From: a virus
Lineage: Duplodnaviria; Caudoviricetes
DNA: 64,000 bases
Strand: one strand, 5' to 3'
IMG/VR virus record: IMGVR_UViG_3300030099_003199
Span: 1-64,000 of that record
The notes beneath the pieces were generated by a model, which saw only the letters and a program-made list of their open reading frames with translations, did not search any database and was not told where the DNA came from. Positions 10,001 to 18,151 of this stretch are shown in pieces; within the stretch, counting starts at the first letter, position 1; each line of letters starts with the position of its first letter. The position numbers were made by a program, and so were the translations under genes.

Positions 10001-12429
10001 TTTGCTGGATCAGTAACATGATTTACAGCAGTATTAGGATCAAATGTTGCTCCTATGTATGTATGATTTTCACAAGCATTAAATTGAGTACCAGTACCTC
10101 CTAATTGTACACATGAATAGTTATATGTACATGAACCATCATCACAAGTAGCAGCAGCATTATAATTATTTGCATTTGGATCCATACATCCATCTACACA
10201 TGCTGTACAACAACTATTCCAACCAACAGCATTTTGATACGCAGGATCTCCTTGTGGAGTACAATTACAATCTGCTGTAGCATTTGGATCATAGTTTGTT
10301 GCACCTGAATCTGTACATCCACTAAATAAACAAGAACCATCATCATCAGTTGCTGTAGCATCATAATTACATGCTGTAGGGTCTGTACAACCATAAATAA
10401 TTGAAGTTGGTTGATTTACATTAAATGAAGCAAATGCTTGACAAGGTTCAGGTGTTGATGAGTCAGTAACAGTAACTAAATAACTACCACCACATAATCC
10501 TGTTAATTCTGTTCCAGTATGAGGTCCACCAGGCCCAGACCAAGTTATTGTATAAGGAGGGACTCCTCCTGTTATATTAAGTTCAATTTCACCATCATTA
10601 TTACAAACTCCAGCTGTTTCAGTTGCATCTATTACATTACCATCAGCACTAAAGTTATCACAAAACTTACATGAACCATCATCAATTGTTGCTTCAGGAT
10701 CATAATTATCAGCACTTGGATCTGTACAACCTTCTTTATCATTACCTGAAGATTGTGTTTCTTCTGGTTCTTCACATGCAGTAAATGGTTTTACTGTATC
10801 ACAACTTGTAAAACAACTATCAGTAATTGTCATATTTATTTTTTGTGATCCACATCCTCCTGTAGTTGTAAGACATGTGCATAAATCTAATACATGTTGA
10901 GTATTTATTGATGCATCTCTTACACACCATCTTAATAAACCATTTTCATCAGTATATCCAATGATTTCTGAATTTATTTTAATAGGATGATCTTCAATAG
11001 GATTTCCATTTTGATCTTTTACAACAAATAGAAAACATTCTGAGTCATTACAACTTTGTATATCAACAAAAGCATTTAAATCTGTTTGAAATGTTGCAGC
11101 TGTAAATGGAACCATAGCAACATTTGTTCCCCATCCATGTTGATCTAATGCTCCATAACCTTGAGCAAAATATGGATTAGATGTTGTTATAGGAGTTAAA
11201 AGTTGAGGATTTGCAGCTAAACTGCTAGGTGCTACAGTTAATGTACCATCAGCTGGATTTTTATCTCCAGATGTTACAGCTCCTAAAGCATGTAATGGAA
11301 AAGGTCTATGACTTGTACCAGCACCACCTGAAGGCATTGATGGATATACAAAAAAGTTAGATTGTCTATTTGAATCAGCAGCCATCCATAAATTTCTTTG
11401 AGCTATAAATTCAGTATGATCTGCTTTCCAACATGGTGTCATATTTCCTGCGCCATCTGTTGCAGTATTCCAACTAGTATTATTTGATCTATCATGATAT
11501 GGTTGTTTATGATTTCTTGATGTTGATTCATCTATAAAACAAACAACTAATAGATTTTTATTTGTTGCAGCTGGTGCCTGACCTATTGTTGTAACACCAT
11601 TAAATACTCCTCCAGAAGTATCATTACCTAATGTAACTGTTGCAACAGTTCCTCCTGCAGGACCAAAAGAATGCATTTGTATACCATTATTTTGTGCCCA
11701 TTGTAATGAAGACCAAAATTTATTATCAGGTGCTACATCTTGTGGATATGTAGAATCTGCACCACTTCCACAATCTTGTAAACCAAAATTTCTTCCAGGT
11801 ATTGGATCTACATTAACAGGATTACCATTAACATTACTTCCTGTACCACATAAATCTCCATTGACATCTACTGTACCATTACCTCCACAACTTCCTGAAT
11901 TATTAAAATCACCTGTTACTGCTTGTGTACCCCAATCTAACCATCTTTCTCCAAAAGTAAGTGTATGATATGTTGTTATAGATTTTGCTGAATCACCACC
12001 TGTACAATTTTCTGTATCATTTGTAGGTTGTGCTTGACTTAATTGATCTACCCAATCTTTAGCTGCATAATATGCATCTTGTACTGCTTGAACACCTAAT
12101 GATGTTGTGTCATAATAAAAATAAATTTCAGCATCTCCTTGAGTTATTCCACATAGTTCATTTACCCATGGTGGTCTATTTTCATCTTGTTTAGCACCTG
12201 TAGGAGTTGGAGGTGTATATGATGTTTTTGTAATTTTTATTGACTCATAAGGAGTTACTTTAGCATCTTCAAAATCACAAAGATATTTATCTTTTATATA
12301 GGAAGGTAAATTAGAACCACAACAAGATCCTATACCATATCTTTCATGTCTATATTTTTTAAATATTTCATCCGCAAATCCACGTTCAGTTCTGATTTTT
12401 TGTATGATATAATCTTTTTTAGGTTCCAT
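7021..12429 (-). CDS. Large modular virion fibre/adhesin-like protein (vWA-like domain, Ig-like domain, SprB-type repeat, GCTD..A.NY...A..DDGSC repeats)
   Basis: 1802 aa. vWA-like strands 'IYFYYDTTS' and 'LLVVCFIDES'; Ig-like 'VVKDQNGNPI...TDENG'; SprB-like 'DGEIELNITGGVPPYTITWSG...GLCGGSYLVTVTDS'; six GCTD-type Cys repeats. Confidence 0.65.
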   Translation of the reverse strand: MEPKKDYIIQKIRTERGFADEIFKKYRHERYGIGSCCGSNLPSYIKDKYLCDFEDAKVTPYESIKITKTSYTPPTPTGAKQDENRPPWVNELCGITQGDAEIYFYYDTTSLGVQAVQDAYYAAKDWVDQLSQAQPTNDTENCTGGDSAKSITTYHTLTFGERWLDWGTQAVTGDFNNSGSCGGNGTVDVNGDLCGTGSNVNGNPVNVDPIPGRNFGLQDCGSGADSTYPQDVAPDNKFWSSLQWAQNNGIQMHSFGPAGGTVATVTLGNDTSGGVFNGVTTIGQAPAATNKNLLVVCFIDESTSRNHKQPYHDRSNNTSWNTATDGAGNMTPCWKADHTEFIAQRNLWMAADSNRQSNFFVYPSMPSGGAGTSHRPFPLHALGAVTSGDKNPADGTLTVAPSSLAANPQLLTPITTSNPYFAQGYGALDQHGWGTNVAMVPFTAATFQTDLNAFVDIQSCNDSECFLFVVKDQNGNPIEDHPIKINSEIIGYTDENGLLRWCVRDASINTQHVLDLCTCLTTTGGCGSQKINMTITDSCFTSCDTVKPFTACEEPEETQSSGNDKEGCTDPSADNYDPEATIDDGSCKFCDNFSADGNVIDATETAGVCNNDGEIELNITGGVPPYTITWSGPGGPHTGTELTGLCGGSYLVTVTDSSTPEPCQAFASFNVNQPTSIIYGCTDPTACNYDATATDDDGSCLFSGCTDSGATNYDPNATADCNCTPQGDPAYQNAVGWNSCCTACVDGCMDPNANNYNAAATCDDGSCTYNYSCVQLGGTGTQFNACENHTYIGATFDPNTAVNHVTDPANNLTNAILGQISFSSLGAPVASQCLDQDGNKIMQLNMIGFQFQDNGTPCNGETWPATWTAVGMLPNTLNNNAVHFTGVSWDNILTLFNDTIALGQIYYDSQGTVVTTFNGLNRNQVELILYYSQGTGTPNPGVYGNELLPECPTATFGGVAGSGPCICSGTSAAGCECQEMLDGSGTYPTLQDCQQDPGSCCNVNPSTSFVCVPGGITNSCSNKQLVPTSSPISTSTNLGDNLAQAWTSDVANWPIVPVQNYKFYVDQGGGNCEALTGNSEWFIREIRITNVDNGTFVSVGDVAVPNSWAIVQAALVSAFYDGINYPDLSNADYMTVKTTLATTEPGKWSVETFEQMCNCTTDGNCDCVEDPSGTYSDYQTCIDACCTILNTYGCTDSSAFNYSAGANLDDGSCLYCNDLNPSPVDNIITANTAPTSGMNDGTIFVQLSSTVPANMLMEVKLYDATDNSFLGQEDISALGFATTFPNLGANNYYVIACLRHDTSTNQEIICCSPTLEETLGNPGGGLAYSCISGTLTVTDNAFTSTANDVEIVLDDPTIPQYYKNNVAQYNAGNTSFGYYDSTSAGRLSMLDHWTLFIDLDLSPYVNSNATVFTTLDVATPWAFFAVDGTEPTNACLNNVGTVPGEVNSYALRLSNVKIRNVRDINTVLIEMDTTASWFDITTTAANTLNNPELVNAKYTTVKDALTAEGTWELIADFIPLGCESDCRCVVDPAGTFSTFTECVNSGCCTTGCTESGADNINPSAGIDINSCVVCTDFSGINLSNNSPSVPNGNSGNWSASNLNISGYQTLWTGLNGSGNYDVAVYYDGYNQNQPANPFNLFPGRYEVCVSDMTNNCTHCTRNVNIGTIPAACRTSGSNWLPTTAWGTGNQILNYIQSGDPILDSITNLYSYDPNHQIQWGINATNTGAEGTTFLISNLNSAVTYTINVYNNSTGALHQTASGVSALGVTNAVPGTTYDIEIIREGQACGIIGMPYTFSPPGF

Positions 12430-12430
12430 T

Positions 12431-12568
12431 CTACTTTGCTATTGCTACTTTTAATGATGATTCATATGCTGTTTTGCATGCTTTATGAACTGTTTTACCA
12501 TCTGATGTTGTTGTTTGTTGACATCCACATCCTATTGGTCTTTTACAATGTGCACAAGTTGCTGCCAT
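12431..12568 (-). CDS. 45-aa Cys/His-rich small protein (possible Zn-binding)
   Basis: Translated by hand: MAATCAHCKRPIGCGCQQTTTSDGKTVHKACKTAYESSLKVAIAK. It fills the gap between two genes. Confidence 0.6.
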   Translation of the reverse strand: MAATCAHCKRPIGCGCQQTTTSDGKTVHKACKTAYESSLKVAIAK

Positions 12569-12588
12569 ATTTTATTTAATTTATTGGT

Positions 12589-13134
12589 TTAACATGTTGG
12601 ACAAGTTATCTTGTCTAATTTTCTTTTAGCAAAATTGTATAATTCTAAGCCTGCTTGCGGACTTGCACAATATTCAACTTTTGCAACAGCAGCATCTATA
12701 TAAACTCTAATATCACTTAATTCATCTAAAAGTTTTTTTCTTTCAGATGTTGGAACACATGGAGTAATATCTAGTTCACATAATTTATCATAATATTGTT
12801 TCATTATATTAGTGATTCTTAAATGATTATACTCAACATAAGCTTTGTCATGAGGACTAACTTGATACCTTATAATATATAAACCATCTGGTACAATAGC
12901 TCTATTTGAATTACATCCTGTTGTTTGTACATTCAAAGCACATGCAGTAACAGTTAAATCAAAACCCCTACTTGCTTTTATAAGTGCAGGTTGATTAAAT
13001 CCAGGTACTGTTATTAATAACTCTGGACAATCTATTTTTAAATTTTTTGCATAAGTGCTTGTATCTTTAATACTGAAAACTTCAGGATTTGACGTATGAA
13101 GAACTTCTAAGCTTAAAATGTGTTTAGCTGCCAT
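12589..13134 (-). CDS. Hypothetical structural protein
   Basis: 181-aa ORF ('VPDGLYIIRYQV') downstream of a late-promoter motif. Confidence 0.45.
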   Translation of the reverse strand: MAAKHILSLEVLHTSNPEVFSIKDTSTYAKNLKIDCPELLITVPGFNQPALIKASRGFDLTVTACALNVQTTGCNSNRAIVPDGLYIIRYQVSPHDKAYVEYNHLRITNIMKQYYDKLCELDITPCVPTSERKKLLDELSDIRVYIDAAVAKVEYCASPQAGLELYNFAKRKLDKITCPTC

Positions 13135-13172
13135 AATATTATTTTAGTCTATGATACAAAGAGTATCTACTA

Positions 13173-13184
13173 ATAATATACAAA
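13173..13184 (-). promoter_or_regulatory. Putative late promoter motif TTTGTATATTAT
   Basis: Identical copy located between a terminator and the next ATG. Confidence 0.55.
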
Positions 13185-13200
13185 ATTAATTAATTAAAAG

Positions 13201-13237
13201 AAAAAAAAAGAGTGAGAATATTTCACTCACTCTTTTT
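13201..13237 (-). terminator. Rho-independent terminator
   Basis: AAAAAGAGTGAG-aatatttca-CTCACTCTTTTT perfect stem with A/T tails. Confidence 0.8.
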
Positions 13238-13261
13238 AATATTAATCTAATTAACTAACTA

Positions 13262-14440
13262 TTATAGATAATCAGTAACAGTTAAATCAGACTTATTAGC
13301 TAATGAATTCCATAAAAAGTCCATTTTTGCTAATTCTGCATTTGCTTTACCGTCACCACCTACACATGGAACATAGAATACATACATGTATTGATCATTA
13401 TCAAATACTCCAGTTGGATTGTTAAATCTTGGAACTGAATGTTGTAAGTAGTAAGCTGCATAAAATGCTGTTCTATCTACTGCACCAGTACCACAACCAA
13501 GTAATGCATCACCATGTTGAATATCTCTAAATCTAGCAGAATCTTTGTTACCTTGATTCCATCCACCATCTTGTCTGTATCTTCCTTCAAGAATAATTTC
13601 TTCAATTACTCTTTCTCCTGTAGTTTCAGATTTAGTTGTAACTGCAATTGCAGCATTTGTACCAAAATCTGTTACTGAACTACCACCAGCAGTAGCAGTC
13701 ATACATGTGTTAGTACAAGGATTACCGTCATCATCAACTGGAGATACAATAACTTTTAATGGAGCAATTCCAAAGTGATCTCTTGTATCATATGAACAGT
13801 TATCAAAAAATGTTGCAGTATAATCAACAGTTAATGTTAATGCACCAGCTCCAGAAGCAGCAGCACTTGATGCTGTAATAAATGGATTCAATAAAGGATC
13901 TTCATTAATTCTAGCTGCCCAAGCATCTGTAACAGTTTTACCAGCAACATTTGTTGCTTCACCTGTACAGCACTCTCTGTAATCTAAAACTGAATAAGTA
14001 AATCTGTTTAAGAAACGTAATACTTCATCTCCTTTAATATCAATTCTTAATTGATTTTGATCAGTAGTAGAACCATCACATTTTAAACATGTATCTGGAA
14101 CTGTAATTACAATTGTCTCAGATGTTCCAGTTACACAATCAGCTTTCCATAGACCTGTAACATAATTTGGTTTAATAATTTTTGTTTTAATTGATTCGGC
14201 ATAACCACCTCTTGTAGGGTTATTACCTAATGTATCAGTCTGATTATAGTTACCAAATACTAACATGTACTCAGCTGGTACAGCAGAATCATTTGCAGTA
14301 GGAAAATCTACTGTTTCATAATCTGTTGCATCAACTAGACCTAACTCTCCTTTTGCTAAAGCTGAAGTTTTTACGTCTTTGTTAGCTTCTGTAGTACTAA
14401 TAACGGCAGACTTTACATAAGCATGATTAAAATAAGCCAT
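13262..14440 (-). CDS. Putative auxiliary/minor capsid protein
   Basis: 392 aa, a few genes downstream of the MCP and ending at a strong terminator, the position of auxiliary capsid genes in crAss-like phages. Confidence 0.5.
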   Translation of the reverse strand: MAYFNHAYVKSAVISTTEANKDVKTSALAKGELGLVDATDYETVDFPTANDSAVPAEYMLVFGNYNQTDTLGNNPTRGGYAESIKTKIIKPNYVTGLWKADCVTGTSETIVITVPDTCLKCDGSTTDQNQLRIDIKGDEVLRFLNRFTYSVLDYRECCTGEATNVAGKTVTDAWAARINEDPLLNPFITASSAAASGAGALTLTVDYTATFFDNCSYDTRDHFGIAPLKVIVSPVDDDGNPCTNTCMTATAGGSSVTDFGTNAAIAVTTKSETTGERVIEEIILEGRYRQDGGWNQGNKDSARFRDIQHGDALLGCGTGAVDRTAFYAAYYLQHSVPRFNNPTGVFDNDQYMYVFYVPCVGGDGKANAELAKMDFLWNSLANKSDLTVTDYL

Positions 14441-14556
14441 TTTTATAATGCCCCTTTTCTATCAGAGGACTTTTTTTATTTACAAAAAGAATGGGTTTGT
14501 TAAATCCAAAGCAAAAGTACCCAAACCTAAACTTTTACTCCTTCTATATTAATATA

Positions 14557-14664
14557 CTACTTTTTTTTCTTTTTAGTAGTTTTTTTCTTAGAAGATTTTT
14601 TCATTGTTTTCTTCTTAGGAGGTCTTCCAACCTTTGAACCGTATGTACCTTTTCCGTATGGCAT
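14557..14664 (-). CDS. 35-aa highly basic peptide
   Basis: Translated by hand: MPYGKGTYGSKVGRPPKKKTMKKSSKKKTTKKKKK. Confidence 0.65.
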   Translation of the reverse strand: MPYGKGTYGSKVGRPPKKKTMKKSSKKKTTKKKKK

Positions 14665-14684
14665 AGTTTCTAATTTTTAAGTTA

Positions 14685-15389
14685 TTAATTATTTTTTTCT
14701 GCTGATTGTGCTCCTCTTATATAATTGTTTGCATCATTAATATCACCTGCAATTATTGTACAAGCTTCATCAATAATTAATTCAACTATATCATCTTTAA
14801 ATTCTGGTTCTACATCTGCTGCAGAAACAACATTTAAATATGGATCAGAACAACCTGCTATTTGAATATTTCTAGGTTTTCTATAAAATGTAATTCTAGG
14901 GTTAACAATATCAAACTCTCTTTTATATATTCTAATAGTATTATTAGCTAGAGTACAAAATGTTTCACCCCATTCAAAATCTGGTTTTTTTAAAGGATCT
15001 CTCATTATTACATCAACATTAGCTTCTTCAGCTAAATAAACTGTCATTGATCTAGGATCTTTTTTACAGCATTCTGTTGTTGCATCTGTGTCAACCCTTT
15101 TAAATTCTAAGTAATTATCTGGAAAACTAGTTCCTAAAAAATAATCTGTTTGAACAGAACCTAATATTGGTTGCGTAGTAAGAAGGATTTGAAGATCATC
15201 TATACGTCTTTTAGATGCTTCATCTCCTTCTCTATATGCATTTGTACCATGAAGTTGTTTTCTACACCACTCAATTTGTGCTTTATTAAAAGATTCAACA
15301 ATTTGCCAGCATTCTATGTTATCATAGTCATTACTAGCAAGCTTGTTAAGCCTTTGTCTAAATTTTATTTGTAGTGTAGTAATATTCAT
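14685..15389 (-). CDS. Head-tail ring/connector protein
   Basis: 234 aa with 'F..RLNKL.SN...FNKAQ' and 'FYRKP..I', resembling the crAss-like ring protein encoded after the MCP. Confidence 0.6.
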   Translation of the reverse strand: MNITTLQIKFRQRLNKLASNDYDNIECWQIVESFNKAQIEWCRKQLHGTNAYREGDEASKRRIDDLQILLTTQPILGSVQTDYFLGTSFPDNYLEFKRVDTDATTECCKKDPRSMTVYLAEEANVDVIMRDPLKKPDFEWGETFCTLANNTIRIYKREFDIVNPRITFYRKPRNIQIAGCSDPYLNVVSAADVEPEFKDDIVELIIDEACTIIAGDINDANNYIRGAQSAEKNN

Positions 15390-15390
15390 T

Positions 15391-16404
15391 TTACGTAGTT
15401 AATAAATTCTCAACATTTTGTTTTATGTCCATTAACATTTCATCATTAACAGGATTCTTTAAAAATTCAACAACTCCTTCTCTTGTTGTTTCAATTTTAG
15501 TTCCTGATTTCTTTTCATATATATAACCATCTGATTTAGTGGTTAATATATTAAATGCTAATGCATCTTTTACTATAGAATGCATCATCAATGTTTCAGT
15601 ATCCATTTTAGCAGCATCTACAAAGTTTTTTGATGCTTGATAAGTATTAGACTCTCTACCATTACCATTTATATATCCATCTGCATCTTCATACAATACA
15701 TCTAATGGTGTGCTAGGAGTATATTGAGCACTATTAAATGTTAATATTTTAACAACGTGCATTAGTCTAATTTTATCATCATCATATAAATTACTAAGAA
15801 TACCAAGAGCTTTATTTTTTAATTTAGTATCTTTAGTTCTTGTACTTGCTGTTTCAAGAACTTCATCTAAATAAAATTTATATTTTCCACTTTTTTTAGC
15901 AGCTTCTAAATTTGGAGCAATCATTGAAAATCCTCCAGCTTTAATTGCTAATAGTTTTATTCTATCATATGGATCAACTTTTGGATCAATAAATACAGGA
16001 TCATTTCCTGCTTTAATAGTAATTTTATTCCAAAAGTCACCATTATTTGGTTTGCAGACTTCTACCTTACTCCAAAATTCAGGATCATCTACATCTATAA
16101 CATTAGTTGCTAATTCTTTTTCTAATTCTGCAACATGTTTTCTGATTTCTTTTATTTTAGCTTTTTTCTCAGCTTCAGGTAATGTTTTTACTTCAGGAGC
16201 AAATTCATTTAAGCCTGTTATATATCTAACTATACCATTTCTTTCTAAAGCAGCAATGCTTTCACTATGAAAAGCACCTTCATGTAAAGTCATATTATAT
16301 TTTTCTAATCCCATATTATCTATATCAGGATTAAAATATGCACGGATAGCAATAGCACCATCCTTCACAGCATTTGTTTTTTCAAAAATAGTTACGTCAC
16401 TCAT
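15391..16404 (-). CDS. Conserved crAss-like capsid-module protein
   Basis: 337-aa helical protein directly downstream of the MCP. Assignment by synteny. Confidence 0.5.
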   Translation of the reverse strand: MSDVTIFEKTNAVKDGAIAIRAYFNPDIDNMGLEKYNMTLHEGAFHSESIAALERNGIVRYITGLNEFAPEVKTLPEAEKKAKIKEIRKHVAELEKELATNVIDVDDPEFWSKVEVCKPNNGDFWNKITIKAGNDPVFIDPKVDPYDRIKLLAIKAGGFSMIAPNLEAAKKSGKYKFYLDEVLETASTRTKDTKLKNKALGILSNLYDDDKIRLMHVVKILTFNSAQYTPSTPLDVLYEDADGYINGNGRESNTYQASKNFVDAAKMDTETLMMHSIVKDALAFNILTTKSDGYIYEKKSGTKIETTREGVVEFLKNPVNDEMLMDIKQNVENLLTT

Positions 16405-16439
16405 TTTTTTAATTTTTATTAGTTTTTAATTTTGGTTTA

Positions 16440-16472
16440 AAAGAAATAGGGAGGAGCACTTGGCTCCCCCTC
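16440..16472 (-). terminator. Terminator after the major capsid gene
   Basis: GGGAGGAGC-acttg-GCTCCCCC hairpin followed by a T-rich tract on the minus strand. Confidence 0.6.
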
Positions 16473-16491
16473 ATTTCATAATATATATAGA

Positions 16492-18111
16492 TTAGAATGA
16501 TCCTCCAGTTACTGGATTTCTCATAACAATCTTTAACACCTTAGTTGGGTCTTTTACCCATACAGAAGGCATGGTTTGTGTCATCATAACACGATAACCA
16601 TTGAAGTGTCCTGAAGAAGCAAATCCTTGAGTTCTTCCCATGTAGTCCATAGTACCATTTTGGTAGAACCACTTAAGTTGATTATCCCAAGAAAGTTTCA
16701 ATAAGAAGATGTTGTCATTTCCTTCATCAGTTACATCAAAGATGATGAAGCTGTAAGAAGATAATGGACGACCATCTACTAATGGATTTTCAATGTCATT
16801 AGTGTGTAAGTTGTCAAACGCAGGATTTAGTACAAACTTAACATTAGCTAAGAAAGGAATTACAAAGCTAGTGTAAGCAAATCCAAATCCTAAATCCATA
16901 CCAGAACCAGTAATTGCACCAATGTTATCAGCATTAGTAATCATACCGTTAGCACCATTAGCTTCTGCAGCAATTGCAGCATTAACTAATTGCATACCAC
17001 CAATACCAGTTTGTACAATTAATTGTCTCTTTGGATCTGGACCATCAAACTCAACTTTACCAGCATAGAAGTTGTAAAGTTCATTTTTGAACATATCTAA
17101 GCTAAATGCTGATTTGTTATATACACGTTTGAATGAGTTATCTAATTGTCTCCAAAGACCAACAGAAAGTCTGATGTCATCTGGACCGTCTTGTCTAACT
17201 CTACCACCATGACCCCACATTAAGTAACACTCAATGTCATTAGCAATTTTAGTAAGGTGTGCTGCTTCAAGAGACGTTAAGAACGTTCTAGAAAGAGAAC
17301 CATTATCAAATGCTTTCTTAATGTAGTCTTTACCCATTGCTCCAGCAATAGACTCAATAGAATCTAAAGAAGGATCTAGGTTCTTGTCAAAGTTTCTCCA
17401 AATTTCAGTTACAGGTACAGTACCATCAGCATTCATACCACCTTTGATCATAAGATCAGCACGTGATGAAACTGAATAGTGTACGTGTGCTTCAGCTCCT
17501 CCAACAAAGTTGTAGAATTCTCTAAATCCTGCTCCAGTTGAAATATCAGAGAATCTTTCTCCGTATTCACCTCTTGCAGAACCTTTTCTGAAGAACTTAG
17601 TTCCTGCAGCTAAATACTCAATAGGCATTCCTGCGCCTGTTGCGTTGTTTACAAGTGTTACAGTATAAACCCATCCATCACCTACAGGAACGATGTCATC
17701 TGCAGTAATGTATAGTTCAAGACCATTATACTTGTCATAAGTAATTATATCCCCATGACCAAACTCTCTTTTAGATAGTCTGATTTTGAAAGGAACTCCA
17801 TCTGCTCCATCATCATCTCTAAAAGATGCCAAAGGACCCATAGACATAGGTAATGATGAAGAAACAGGAGTTTGCCATTTGTACTCACCTCTAGCATTGT
17901 CCACCATAATTGTGTTCTTACCACCAAACGATGCCATTTGATACAAAGGCATTTCTACCTTTTGCGTCATAGCCCACAGTTCCACTGGACCCATGTCCAT
18001 TGGCTCTGCATCACCAAGCATTTGTGTTAAGTGATATGAATCAATATGAGAACTAGCCTGGTAAGACGTGTCTCTTAGAAAGAGACCATTGTTTAAAACC
18101 GGTGTTGCCAT
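16492..18111 (-). CDS. Major capsid protein (crAss-like)
   Basis: 539 aa in the gene order TerL-portal-scaffold-MCP. Codon usage is visibly richer in C-ending codons, and the gene is followed by a terminator. Confidence 0.85.
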   Translation of the reverse strand: MATPVLNNGLFLRDTSYQASSHIDSYHLTQMLGDAEPMDMGPVELWAMTQKVEMPLYQMASFGGKNTIMVDNARGEYKWQTPVSSSLPMSMGPLASFRDDDGADGVPFKIRLSKREFGHGDIITYDKYNGLELYITADDIVPVGDGWVYTVTLVNNATGAGMPIEYLAAGTKFFRKGSARGEYGERFSDISTGAGFREFYNFVGGAEAHVHYSVSSRADLMIKGGMNADGTVPVTEIWRNFDKNLDPSLDSIESIAGAMGKDYIKKAFDNGSLSRTFLTSLEAAHLTKIANDIECYLMWGHGGRVRQDGPDDIRLSVGLWRQLDNSFKRVYNKSAFSLDMFKNELYNFYAGKVEFDGPDPKRQLIVQTGIGGMQLVNAAIAAEANGANGMITNADNIGAITGSGMDLGFGFAYTSFVIPFLANVKFVLNPAFDNLHTNDIENPLVDGRPLSSYSFIIFDVTDEGNDNIFLLKLSWDNQLKWFYQNGTMDYMGRTQGFASSGHFNGYRVMMTQTMPSVWVKDPTKVLKIVMRNPVTGGSF

Positions 18112-18151
18112 TTTTTCACTTTTTTAAAATTAATAATTATTGTTGTTGTTG

